From an uncultured Syntrophaceae bacterium (GTDB lineage: Bacteria; Desulfobacterota; Syntrophia; Syntrophales; PHBD01), in the NCBI GenBank assembly GCA_964578535.1, contig CAZODI010000002.1:12177-76176 (forward strand): a stretch of DNA of 64,000 nt. Reading direction: 5' to 3'. Below, one piece after another: positions 44,576-53,642 of the stretch; the first letter of the stretch is position 1; each line of letters opens with the position of its first letter. The notes under the pieces are model-generated. The model saw only the letters and a list, made by a program, of their open reading frames with translations. It made no database searches and had not been told where the DNA came from. A program made the translations under genes and the position numbers.

Positions 44576-45570
44576 AGCACGTCATCGATTTTGAACACCG
44601 CCATTACGGCCACTGCGAGAGCGGAGTCGTATCCGGCCTCCTCCGGCACAGCGGGCTCGACCTTTCGGAAGCTATGGTTTTCGGGCTCGCCAGCGCCATC
44701 ATGTTTGCCTACGTGCCGTTCCTCCGGATGAACAACATGCCCACCATCTCCTACCGGATTCTCCCCCGGACCATCATCAGCGGCATCCAGGGCCGCCTGG
44801 GCATCCCCTTCCGGAAACAGACCTACCGGGACCCACGCCGGGCGATGGATGAACTGGTCGATTTCATGCGGAAGGGGCAGATCGTGGGGCTCCAGACATC
44901 GGCGTACTGGCTGACGTACTTTCCGCCCGAGATGCGGTTCCAGTTCAACGTCCACAACCTGATCGTGTTCGGGGTGGAGGACGGCGAGTTCCTGGTGAGC
45001 GATCCCGTCTTCGAGCATCCCGTCCGCATCCAGGCGGCTGACCTGGAGAACGCCCGTTTCGCCAAGGGCGTCATGGCCCCGAGGGGCTTCGTCTATCACC
45101 CCGAAGGGGTCCCGGCCTCGGTGGACCTGCCGGTGCTGATCCGGAAGGCCGTCGCCCGGACCCTCTTCATGATGCTCTCCTCGCCCCCTCCCTTCGGGAT
45201 CCGCGGGATCTTCTACCTGGCCCGGAAGATCGAGCGGCTGGACCGAAGCAGGGATGGCCGCTACATCCGCCTCTTCCTGGGACATATGATCCGGATGCAG
45301 GAGGAGATCGGCACGGGCGGAGGCGGGTTTCGCTTCATGTATGCCGCGTTTCTCCAGGAGGCGTCGGAGATCCTGCATTCGGCCGCCTTGCAGGAGGCGT
45401 CTGGGAAAATGACCCGGGCGGGGGACCAGTGGCGGACCTTTGCGCTGGCATGCGCCAGGATCATCCGGCAGCGCGACGGCGCTCCGGACCTGAAGGAGAT
45501 CGCCGCGCTGCTCCGTCGGTGCGGCGAGATGGAGCGGGACGTGTACGTCCTGCTGAAAAAGGGGATCTGA
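44572..45570 (+). CDS. BtrH-N/DUF4872-like protein (papain-fold ACP-dependent acyltransferase-like)
   Basis: FEHRHYGHCESGVVSGLLRHSGLDLSEAMVFGLASAIMFAY matches my memory of the BtrH N-terminal domain signature (GxHCE...LL...SEAMVFG). The TTG start follows GGAAGGAG and overlaps the upstream stop (TTGA). Confidence 0.6.
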   Translation: MKHVIDFEHRHYGHCESGVVSGLLRHSGLDLSEAMVFGLASAIMFAYVPFLRMNNMPTISYRILPRTIISGIQGRLGIPFRKQTYRDPRRAMDELVDFMRKGQIVGLQTSAYWLTYFPPEMRFQFNVHNLIVFGVEDGEFLVSDPVFEHPVRIQAADLENARFAKGVMAPRGFVYHPEGVPASVDLPVLIRKAVARTLFMMLSSPPPFGIRGIFYLARKIERLDRSRDGRYIRLFLGHMIRMQEEIGTGGGGFRFMYAAFLQEASEILHSAALQEASGKMTRAGDQWRTFALACARIIRQRDGAPDLKEIAALLRRCGEMERDVYVLLKKGI

Positions 45571-45593
45571 GGTCTCCGCGGGGGAGGTTGTCG

Positions 45594-47021
45594 ATGCGTG
45601 TCGCCCTGGTCCAGCCGGCCGGGTCCAACTGGGTCCGGGGCCGCCGGGACATGGCCGCCGTGGCCAACCGGATGGCTCCGCTCGGTCTCCTGTCCATCGC
45701 CGCGTGGCTCGAGCGCGAGGGGCATGAGGTGTCGGTCCTGGACTGCCTGGGACCCGGCGCCGCGCCCGGTGCGGAGGCGGTCGTCCGGGACCTGCTCGAA
45801 TTCCGTCCCGACCTGGTGGGATTCTCTACCACCACGTCCAGTTTTCTTGACGGCCATGCCCTGGCGGTCCGCCTGAAGGAGGCCGACCCGGGGATCCGGA
45901 CCGTCTTCGGCGGCGTCCATGTTTCGGCCGTCGGCGAGCCGCTCCTGGAGCGGTATGCGGCCATTGATTATCTCTGCCCCGGGGAGGGGGAGGTCACGCT
46001 GGCGGCGCTGGCCGGCGGCGGGGATCCGCGGGAAATCGACGGCCTCATTTGGCGCGACGGGGAGCGCATCGCCGCCAACCGGGCCCGGCCGACCCTGCCC
46101 GACCTGGATCGCCTTCCCTTTCCGGCGTATCACCTGCTCCGGGGGTTCCCGCGGGGCTACAACCTTCCGCTGTTCAGCTACATCCGGACGCCGGGAGCCA
46201 CCATGGTGACGAGCCGAGGCTGCCCGTACCGCTGCAGCTACTGCGACCGATCCGTCTTCCGGCAGTCCTATCGCATGAATTCCCCGGAATACATCTACGA
46301 GCACCTGAGCCACCTGCGACGGCATTTCGGGGTGCGCCATGTCAACATTTATGACGATCTGTTCACGGCCCACCGCCCGCGGATCGCCGAGCTATGCCGT
46401 CTTCTCAGCTCCCGGCCCCTGGGGATCCAGTTCAACTGCGCTGTCCGGGCGGGCCACACGGATCGCGAGCTCCTTCGCATGCTCAGGGAAGCGGGCTGCC
46501 TGATGGTTTCCGTGGGCATCGAATCGGGGGAGCCGGAGCTCCTGGCCCGGCACAAGGCCGGGGTGACCCTGGAGGAGCTGCGGGAGACGGTGGCGCTGAT
46601 CCGGGAGAGCGGGCTCCGGGCGAAGGGGCTGTTCATGATGGGGCTGCCCGGAGAAACGGAGGAGTCGATCCGGAAGACCAGCGACTTCTGCCTGTCGCTG
46701 GAGCTGGACGACATGAACATGGCCAAGTTTACCCCGTTCCCGGGAGCGCCCGTCTGGGGGAACATCCGGGAGGAGGGAACCTTCGAGGAGGACTGGCCGT
46801 TGATGAACTGCCTGAACTTCGTCTTCGTTCCCCGGGGTATTGCTTCGCGTGACCGCCTCGACGAGCTGTACAACCGGCACGTAAAACGGTTCTACACCGA
46901 CCCGGGCTGGCGGCGCCGCCTGATCCGCCGGACCTGGCAGCACCGCTGGAGCCTCTGGTACCTGTTTTCCCACTTGCCCCAGTTCTGGACGGCGAAAAAC
47001 TCGTTCCAGCCGAAGGGGTGA
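45594..47021 (+). CDS. B12-binding domain radical SAM protein (class B)
   Basis: MRVALVQPA...DLVGFSTTTSS is a B12-binding-like N-terminus, followed by TSRGCPYRCSYCDR (CxxxCxxC). GGGGGAGG SD lies upstream. Confidence 0.85.
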   Translation: MRVALVQPAGSNWVRGRRDMAAVANRMAPLGLLSIAAWLEREGHEVSVLDCLGPGAAPGAEAVVRDLLEFRPDLVGFSTTTSSFLDGHALAVRLKEADPGIRTVFGGVHVSAVGEPLLERYAAIDYLCPGEGEVTLAALAGGGDPREIDGLIWRDGERIAANRARPTLPDLDRLPFPAYHLLRGFPRGYNLPLFSYIRTPGATMVTSRGCPYRCSYCDRSVFRQSYRMNSPEYIYEHLSHLRRHFGVRHVNIYDDLFTAHRPRIAELCRLLSSRPLGIQFNCAVRAGHTDRELLRMLREAGCLMVSVGIESGEPELLARHKAGVTLEELRETVALIRESGLRAKGLFMMGLPGETEESIRKTSDFCLSLELDDMNMAKFTPFPGAPVWGNIREEGTFEEDWPLMNCLNFVFVPRGIASRDRLDELYNRHVKRFYTDPGWRRRLIRRTWQHRWSLWYLFSHLPQFWTAKNSFQPKG

Positions 47022-47069
47022 CCGGTCCTGAAAGCCCGGGATGAACCGGGACACCCCTGCTCCGGGATT

Positions 47070-47327
47070 CTATTTCGTCCGGTGGTTGAGGATGTAGTCC
47101 GCCAGCGCGTTGAGAGAGGCGAACACCTTCACCCCCAGCTCCTTGTTGTCGATCTTGACCCCGTATTCCTTCTCGATCATCATCACCAGCTCGAGCACGT
47201 CGATGGAGTCCAGGCCCAGGTCTCCACCGACCAGCGCCCCCTTCTCGTCGATATCCTCCGGGGCCACGTCCAGCAGGCCCAGCGTGGAAATAATTTTCTC
47301 TTTCAATTCCTGCTTCAGGTTGTCCAT
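47070..47327 (-). CDS. acyl carrier protein
   Basis: 85 aa with LGLDSIDVLELVMMIE. Confidence 0.85.
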   Translation of the reverse strand: MDNLKQELKEKIISTLGLLDVAPEDIDEKGALVGGDLGLDSIDVLELVMMIEKEYGVKIDNKELGVKVFASLNALADYILNHRTK

Positions 47328-47366
47328 TTGCTTTCTTCTTCTCCTTGCAAAAAATAACGGACCCGT

Positions 47367-47768
47367 CTACGGGCCTTGATCTGTTTCCCTTCCGTCCTTC
47401 CCCGGTCCGGCGGGAAAGGGGGGGCGGCTCAGGATTCGTTCCATGAGCCGCCGGGTGGCATGCTTCATCAGCAGCCGCACGTATCGGGCCCCTGCCAGCC
47501 AGGCCCCGGCCAGGAACACCAGGTGGGACAGGCCGTACGTCAGGGGGCCGCCGACGGCGATGATCAGGGGTTCCCGGAACCAGGCGGCCAGCACTCCGAA
47601 GGCGGCTACGGCAGGCCAGCCGATCACGTAGCTGAGGCCGACGAGGAAGAGGCCCGCCCATACCCGGGGGGAAGGTTTTCTGCGAATTTCCCGAAGGTCC
47701 GGAGGGTGTTCCAGAGCGTCCCGGACATAGGCCGTCCGGGCCAGGCACTCCGCGATTTTCCCGATCAT
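47367..47768 (-). CDS. small integral membrane protein of unknown function
   Basis: Three or four hydrophobic helices (WAGLFLVGLSYVIGWPAVAAFGVLAAW..., LIIAVGGPLTYGLSHLVFLAGAWLAG). The start is chosen at MIGKIAE. Confidence 0.45.
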   Translation of the reverse strand: MIGKIAECLARTAYVRDALEHPPDLREIRRKPSPRVWAGLFLVGLSYVIGWPAVAAFGVLAAWFREPLIIAVGGPLTYGLSHLVFLAGAWLAGARYVRLLMKHATRRLMERILSRPPFPAGPGKDGRETDQGP

Positions 47769-47787
47769 GCCCGGACCTTCCTGCGCA

Positions 47788-49962
47788 TCACCGGGAGATC
47801 CGGACGTTCTGAAAGGCGAAATCAAACTCCTGCCACGACCAGAAAACCTTGCGGTAATAGATGTAGGGATGAATCATCAGCTTGCTGATGGATTTCATGC
47901 CCGGGACCTGCTTGAAGTGCAACAGGACGCTTCTGGTCGCCCGGCCTTCGAGGGGCACCCCCCTGCTTCCGGCGCTGTACATGGTCGTCTTCTCGTTCCC
48001 GCTGTAGAACGTGACTTCCGAGACGTTGTGTTCCTTTCCCTCCGGGTCGGTGATCCGGGACTTGGTCCAGCGGTAGGCATGGTCGTACAAGGCCACGCTG
48101 CGGATCGAGTCCTCGGTCAGGTTGGTGATGTCCACCCGGACCAGGATGTCCTTGCCGGCGGATTTCACGCTGATCAGCTCGAACAGGACGTCGTTGCCTT
48201 CGTGGGAGCCGATGGCGTGCGGGTTCCGCCGGACCGGCGTCTTCGCCGGCGGAGCCGGTGCGGCGGGCTTTTCGACGTCCCGGGACGGCTCCGGAGACGG
48301 AAGGATCTTTGCGAAGAAGCCGTCATCCTTGTCCTTCTCCTCAGGAGGCTTGGCAGCTGGGACGCGCTCAGCGGGTTTCCGTTCGATCGGTTTGCGATTC
48401 ACCTGTTTGCGGTTGGCGGATTTGCGATCGACGGGTCTGTGGTCGACGGGTTTCCGTTCGGCGGGCCTGTAATCGGCCACCCGTTTCCCGTCGTCCGCGC
48501 TCTCCTCCAGTACGGTCCTCACCCGGAACGCCATTTTCACCCGGACGCTGTCCCCCTCGTTGATGAAGGAAATGAGGCGGACGGACTGGATCCGGGCCTC
48601 CGTCACGGCCTGGTGGGACGATTCACCGGTGACGGTGAAATTCGTCACCTCTGTGGTGGACGTGGAGTGTTGTGTCTTGGCGTCGTTTTTCACCTCTGCC
48701 AGCTTGTCGATGATCGCCAGTGCCGAGGCCTCGGCGGGTGTCTGGGATCCCCGGGCCGTCGCCAGTGCGGTCTTGAAGATGATGGATTCGCGGACCCGCT
48801 TGGTGTCGTGCAGGGCCTGCTGGGCGTCCCGGAAAGCCTTGTCCGCCTCCTCTTTCTGGGATTGGACGGCAGCCGCTTCGCGGGTCGTTTTGTCGAGTTG
48901 TTCCTCGCGGCGCTTCAGGATGGACGCCTGGCTTTCCTTGTCTGACTGGGCCTCACGGATCCTCTTCTGGAGGGAGGCGATGCGGTCCTGGTAGGACTTG
49001 ACCTGCTCCTGGAGTCCTTCCTCGGCGGCGGCATTCGTCTGCGCGGTCTCGCGGATCAACCGGTAGGCCCGGTCGAGATCATGGGCGGTGGGGGTATAGC
49101 GGTTCTCGACGAGGAAATTGTCCAGGTCCTTCTTGCTCGACACGACGACCGCCCGGATGCCCCTTGAGGCCGGCGGCGGCTTGACACGCCCCCCCTTCGG
49201 GGCCTGGAAGGGGTAGAGCTCGTAGCGCTTCAGCCGGAGATAGGTCGTTCCCCGAGTGCCCTTTTCCATCTCGTAGCGGAGGGGCTCCTCGTTGTTCCAC
49301 TTGGCCGTTCCCTCCTCGATGGCGCGGATGAAGTCCACCGACAGGACCGTGTTGATGACCTTTGAAAAGGACTGGATGTAGGTTCCCATATGCTGGGCCA
49401 TCAGGGGCGCGGAGGCCTGGTCGGCCAGGGCCTCCAGCGTATGGGCCTTGTCCTTGAAGCCCCGGGTGAACAGGACCGCCACGGCGGCCTCTCCCTGCTT
49501 CTCGGTCTGGAGCCATTTCTTGAGGGATGCCTGCTGGGCCTGGATGTCCTGGTTGTAGCGGGCGACCTGGCTGTCCAGGTTTTCGATACCCGCCCGGATG
49601 GTCCGGACGTTTTTCTGCTGCTCCTCCCGCTCCGAAAAAACAGCCTGGTATCGGCTCGTCAGGTCGTCCCGTTTCTTCTTGGCCCGGATGAACTCTCGGT
49701 TTGCGTCGGAGACCCCCTTCTTGTAGGTAGAGTCGTCCCGCTCCTTTTCCTCCTCCGCGGACTTCAGGTTCGCCCTTTCCTCCTGGGACGTGGAAAAGCC
49801 CTCCCGTTTGTCCACCTCCGAGCGGATGATCTCCCTGACCGCGCCGGCATCGTCGGAGCGGAGCGTCACCCAGCGGCTCAGGGGGACGGTGGCGGCAAGA
49901 ACCGGGACGGCCAGGAGCAGAATGAATACAGCGGGGACCCATTTTCGGATGGCCGCAGGCAT
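47788..49962 (-). CDS. secreted coiled-coil protein with a basic pentapeptide repeat and a C-terminal beta-rich domain, unknown function
   Basis: A signal peptide is followed by about 400 aa of heptad-like E/K/Q/R-rich sequence. Then come 7-8 xxRKP-type pentapeptides and a C-terminal domain (DILVRVDITNLTEDSIRSVALY...). Confidence 0.6.
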   Translation of the reverse strand: MPAAIRKWVPAVFILLLAVPVLAATVPLSRWVTLRSDDAGAVREIIRSEVDKREGFSTSQEERANLKSAEEEKERDDSTYKKGVSDANREFIRAKKKRDDLTSRYQAVFSEREEQQKNVRTIRAGIENLDSQVARYNQDIQAQQASLKKWLQTEKQGEAAVAVLFTRGFKDKAHTLEALADQASAPLMAQHMGTYIQSFSKVINTVLSVDFIRAIEEGTAKWNNEEPLRYEMEKGTRGTTYLRLKRYELYPFQAPKGGRVKPPPASRGIRAVVVSSKKDLDNFLVENRYTPTAHDLDRAYRLIRETAQTNAAAEEGLQEQVKSYQDRIASLQKRIREAQSDKESQASILKRREEQLDKTTREAAAVQSQKEEADKAFRDAQQALHDTKRVRESIIFKTALATARGSQTPAEASALAIIDKLAEVKNDAKTQHSTSTTEVTNFTVTGESSHQAVTEARIQSVRLISFINEGDSVRVKMAFRVRTVLEESADDGKRVADYRPAERKPVDHRPVDRKSANRKQVNRKPIERKPAERVPAAKPPEEKDKDDGFFAKILPSPEPSRDVEKPAAPAPPAKTPVRRNPHAIGSHEGNDVLFELISVKSAGKDILVRVDITNLTEDSIRSVALYDHAYRWTKSRITDPEGKEHNVSEVTFYSGNEKTTMYSAGSRGVPLEGRATRSVLLHFKQVPGMKSISKLMIHPYIYYRKVFWSWQEFDFAFQNVRISR
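48372..48476 (-). repeat. seven tandem 15-nt units (consensus about CGGGTTTSCGNTCGA on the + strand) encoding the [P/V]x[D/E/N]RK pentapeptide repeat
   Basis: Read directly from the sequence. Units 1 and 6 are identical except for the last base. Confidence 0.6.
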
Positions 49963-50305
49963 GGATCATGATCCTTTCTGTATTGCGCCCGGTAACAGGC
50001 TGGAACGAAAGAAAGACAGCAGGTACCCGGAACCCTCGTTCTGAGGACCCGATTCCCCTCCTCCGGGCAGGGCGTAATCTAATGGATCGACTGCCTGATG
50101 TCAAATCATTTTCAGCGATTACGAGGGAACAATCCTGTTGACAGTGGTTTTGGTGCATGTTAGGAATGACGACCTCGCGGAAAGCATGCAACGGCGCGGT
50201 TTTGAGCGCCTGCCCCGGGCCGGGGAAGCCTGTGGTTGCAGCGGCATGCCGATATGTTGCCGGAGCCCCCGAGGGGATCCTGTACAGGGACATCAGGAGG
50301 CGTTC

Positions 50306-51190
50306 ATGACCTTTCAAGAACTTGTCCTGGCCCTCGACCGCTACTGGGCCGATCGGGGCTGCGTCATCCAGCAGCCCTACGACCTGGAGGTCGGGGCGGG
50401 GACCTTCAATCCGGCCACCTTCCTTCGCTCTCTGGGGCCGGAGCCGTGGAACGTAGCCTATGTGGAGCCGTCGCGGCGGCCCACCGACGGGCGCTACGGG
50501 GAAAATCCCAACCGTCTGCAGCATTATTACCAGTACCAGGTGATCATGAAGCCCTCCCCCCTGGACGTCCAGGATCTCTACCTGGATTCGCTCCGCAGCT
50601 TCGGCATCGATCCCCTGGACCACGACATCCGCTTCGTTGAGGACGACTGGGAATCACCCACTGTCGGGGCCTGGGGCCTCGGGTGGGAGGTCTGGCTGGA
50701 TGGCATGGAGATCACCCAGTTCACCTATTTCCAGCAGGTCGGGGGCTTCGACCTCAAACCGGTTTGTTCCGAGATCACCTACGGCATCGAGCGGATCGCC
50801 ATGTACATCCAGGGGGTGGACAACGTCTACGACCTCATGTGGAACGATTCGGTGACCTATGGTGACGTACACCACCGGGGTGAGGTCGAATGGTCTGTCT
50901 ACAATTTCGAGAAGGCTGACACGGCCATGCTGCGGACGCTGTTCGACATGTACGAGGCGGAGGGAATCCGGGCCGCCGGACTGGATCTGGTTCTGCCGAC
51001 GTATGACTGCTGCCTCAAGTGTTCGCACACCTTCAACATGCTCAATGCCCGCGGAGCTATCAGCACGGCCGAGCGGACGAGCTACATCGGCAGGGTGCGC
51101 AACCTTGCCCGGCTCAGCGCCGAGGGATACCTGAAGCAAAGAGAGAAAATGGGCTACCCGCTGCTGGGCCGGACGTGGAAGACATCCTGA
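50306..51190 (+). CDS. glyQ: glycine--tRNA ligase alpha subunit
   Basis: [26 protein letters not shown]...[21 protein letters not shown] is near-invariant GlyQ sequence. AGGAGG SD lies upstream. Confidence 0.95.
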   Translation: MTFQELVLALDRYWADRGCVIQQPYDLEVGAGTFNPATFLRSLGPEPWNVAYVEPSRRPTDGRYGENPNRLQHYYQYQVIMKPSPLDVQDLYLDSLRSFGIDPLDHDIRFVEDDWESPTVGAWGLGWEVWLDGMEITQFTYFQQVGGFDLKPVCSEITYGIERIAMYIQGVDNVYDLMWNDSVTYGDVHHRGEVEWSVYNFEKADTAMLRTLFDMYEAEGIRAAGLDLVLPTYDCCLKCSHTFNMLNARGAISTAERTSYIGRVRNLARLSAEGYLKQREKMGYPLLGRTWKTS

Positions 51191-51385
51191 ACGGGCAGCT
51201 TCTGAACCTGTCGTTGAATCAGGCTGCACCAATACGCACGAAAGCCGAATTCCCGGGACCCTGAGCCTCAAGGCGTGCCTGACGGCGCGCCGCAGGACGA
51301 CGGGCGGGGGAATCTCGGCGGTTCGGCGTCTTTTGGCATTCTGCACGAAGCGGCTGCACGGATACGCTGGATACGGGAGATGAAC

Positions 51386-53458
51386 ATGGGCAAGGAATTG
51401 CTTCTGGAAATCGGAACGGAGGAAATCCCCGCGGGTTTCCTGCCGAAGGCGATCGCCGACATGGATGAAATGGTCCGGAAGGCCCTCGCCGAAGAGAGAA
51501 TTTCTCACGGACCGCTCAAGGTTCTTGCGACGCCCCGCCGTCTCTGCCTGACCGTGGCGGACGTGGCGGAGCGGCAGGAAGACCAGTTGGTGGAGAAGAT
51601 GGGGCCGGCCCGGAAGGTCGGCTTCGACGAGGCCGGAAACCCCACCAAGGCCCTCCTCGGCTTCGCCCGGGGGCAGGGCCTCGACGTCTCGGAACTGGAG
51701 ACGGTCACAACGGAGAAGGGGGAGTACTTCTGCGCCCGCAAAAGGATCGCCGGGGTGGAGACGGTGTCCATCCTGCCGGGCCTCCTGCCGAAGCTCCTGG
51801 TGTCCATCCCCTTCAAGAAGACCATGCGCTGGTCCTCTTTCGACCTTCGCTTCCCGCGGCCCATCCACTGGATTCTGGCCCTGTTCGGCGGAGAGGTGGT
51901 GCCGTTCGGCATCGAGAACATCGCGAGCGGCCGGGAAACCCGGGGGCACCGCTTCATGAGTCCCGATCCTTCTCCCGTAAAGGGGTTTGAGGATTACCGG
52001 AACGTCCTCCGCGGAAAATTCGTGATCGTCGACCCGGAGGAGCGCAAGCGCATTATCCGGGAGGAGAGCCGCAAGGCGGCCGCGGCGGTCGGCGGCCGGC
52101 CCCTGGAGAATGACGACCTTCTGGAGACGGTGACGTTTCTCGTCGAGTATCCTACGGTTGTATGCGGCAGCTTCGATACGGCCTACCTGGACCTTCCCCG
52201 GGAAGTGCTCATCACCTCCATGATGTCCCATCAGAAGTACTTTCCCGTCGTGGACGCCGGGGGCAAGCTCTTGGCCCACTTCCTGACGGTGAACAATACC
52301 CTGGCGCGGGAGCCCGCCGTGGTGACCCGAGGCAATGAAAAAGTCATCCGGGCCCGCCTCTCCGACGCCCGGTTTTTCTTCGACGAGGATCAGAAAATTC
52401 CGCTCGACCGGCGCGTGGAGGATCTCCGCAAGGTCGTGTACCACAGCCTGCTGGGGACGTCCTTCGACAAGGTCGGGCGTTTCCGGGCCCTGGCGGCGGC
52501 CGTCGCGGGTCGGGTCTGCCCCGCGAAGAAAGAGACCGTCGACCGGACGGCCTGGCTCGCCAAGGCGGATCTGGACACGCAGATGGTCGGCGAGTTCCCG
52601 GAGCTCCAGGGCGTCATGGGGCGGGAATACGGCCTCCTGGCGGGGGAGGATCCCGCCGTGGCGAGAGGCATTTACGAACACTACCTTCCGGTGGTCGCCG
52701 GCGGTGACCTGCCGCAGACGGATGAAGGGGCCGTCGTCAGCATCGCCGACAAGCTGGACACGATCGTCGGATTCTTCGGGGTCGGCGTGGTTCCCACGGG
52801 AACGGCGGACCCCTATGCCCTGCGCCGGCAGGCCCTGGGTATCCTGAACATCATCCTGGACCGGGGGTATGCCCTTGACCTCGGCGAGCTCGTGGAGGAT
52901 AGCCTGGCCATCCTGGGGCCGCTGGTGAAGAAGCCCCGGGCGGACGTGAAGGCCGACGTCCTGGCTTTCATCCAGGCCCGTTTCCAGAACCAGCTCATCA
53001 CCCAGGGGTACGCCTATGACGTGGTCGACGCCGTCCTGGCCGCCGGGGCGACGGACGCCGTGCAAGTGCTCCAGCGGGTCAAGGCCATGGATGTCTTCAA
53101 GTCCCACGAGGCCTACCGCCCCCTGGCGACGGCCTTCAAGCGGGCGGGGAACATCATCCGCGACTTCCAGGGGGGGGACGTGGATCCCTCCCTCTTCGAG
53201 GGCGAAGAGGAAAAGGCGCTTCACGCGGCATTTCTCGGAATGAAGGAAAAGGCCCAGTCGAACATCTCCCGGCACGACTATCTGGCTGCCCTTGCGGAGA
53301 TGGCCGGGATCCGCGGACCGGTGGACGCCTTCTTCGAGAAGGTCCTGGTCATGGCGAAGGACGACCGGATCCGTTTCAACCGCCTGTCGCTGCTCAGCGA
53401 GATCTCTTCCTTTTTCCGGCAGGTGGCCGATTTCTCGAAGATTGTCACGGAATCATAA
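51386..53458 (+). CDS. glyS: glycine--tRNA ligase beta subunit
   Basis: LLLEIGTEEIPAGFL, ATPRRL and further GlyS motifs are present. 690 aa. Confidence 0.95.
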   Translation: MGKELLLEIGTEEIPAGFLPKAIADMDEMVRKALAEERISHGPLKVLATPRRLCLTVADVAERQEDQLVEKMGPARKVGFDEAGNPTKALLGFARGQGLDVSELETVTTEKGEYFCARKRIAGVETVSILPGLLPKLLVSIPFKKTMRWSSFDLRFPRPIHWILALFGGEVVPFGIENIASGRETRGHRFMSPDPSPVKGFEDYRNVLRGKFVIVDPEERKRIIREESRKAAAAVGGRPLENDDLLETVTFLVEYPTVVCGSFDTAYLDLPREVLITSMMSHQKYFPVVDAGGKLLAHFLTVNNTLAREPAVVTRGNEKVIRARLSDARFFFDEDQKIPLDRRVEDLRKVVYHSLLGTSFDKVGRFRALAAAVAGRVCPAKKETVDRTAWLAKADLDTQMVGEFPELQGVMGREYGLLAGEDPAVARGIYEHYLPVVAGGDLPQTDEGAVVSIADKLDTIVGFFGVGVVPTGTADPYALRRQALGILNIILDRGYALDLGELVEDSLAILGPLVKKPRADVKADVLAFIQARFQNQLITQGYAYDVVDAVLAAGATDAVQVLQRVKAMDVFKSHEAYRPLATAFKRAGNIIRDFQGGDVDPSLFEGEEEKALHAAFLGMKEKAQSNISRHDYLAALAEMAGIRGPVDAFFEKVLVMAKDDRIRFNRLSLLSEISSFFRQVADFSKIVTES

Positions 53459-53642
53459 AGCGGGGGTGAAGACCCCGAAGGTGCGGCGGATATCAAACCG
53501 CCTTGTCCCCGCCTGAAAAGGGAAGCAACCATGCCGGTGCCTGCCGGATACGAAGGGTGAGAGGGCGGCACTGACAGAGAAGAAATCAGCCGGTCCGCAT
53601 GAGTACCGCCGGGATGGCGGGCGGGCCGGGGGGAGTTGAAAA

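Noticed and set aside
49963-50305. Possible T-box or other leader upstream of glyQ
   Set aside because: I could not find the T-box consensus (AGGGUGGNACCGCG-like) or a specifier/antiterminator arrangement by eye. There is only a weak TTGACA-N17-TAGGAA promoter-like element at 50139.
50654-53275. 873-aa ORF on the minus strand
   Set aside because: It is antisense to glyQ/glyS and has no recognisable domain. It is a GC-rich shadow ORF.
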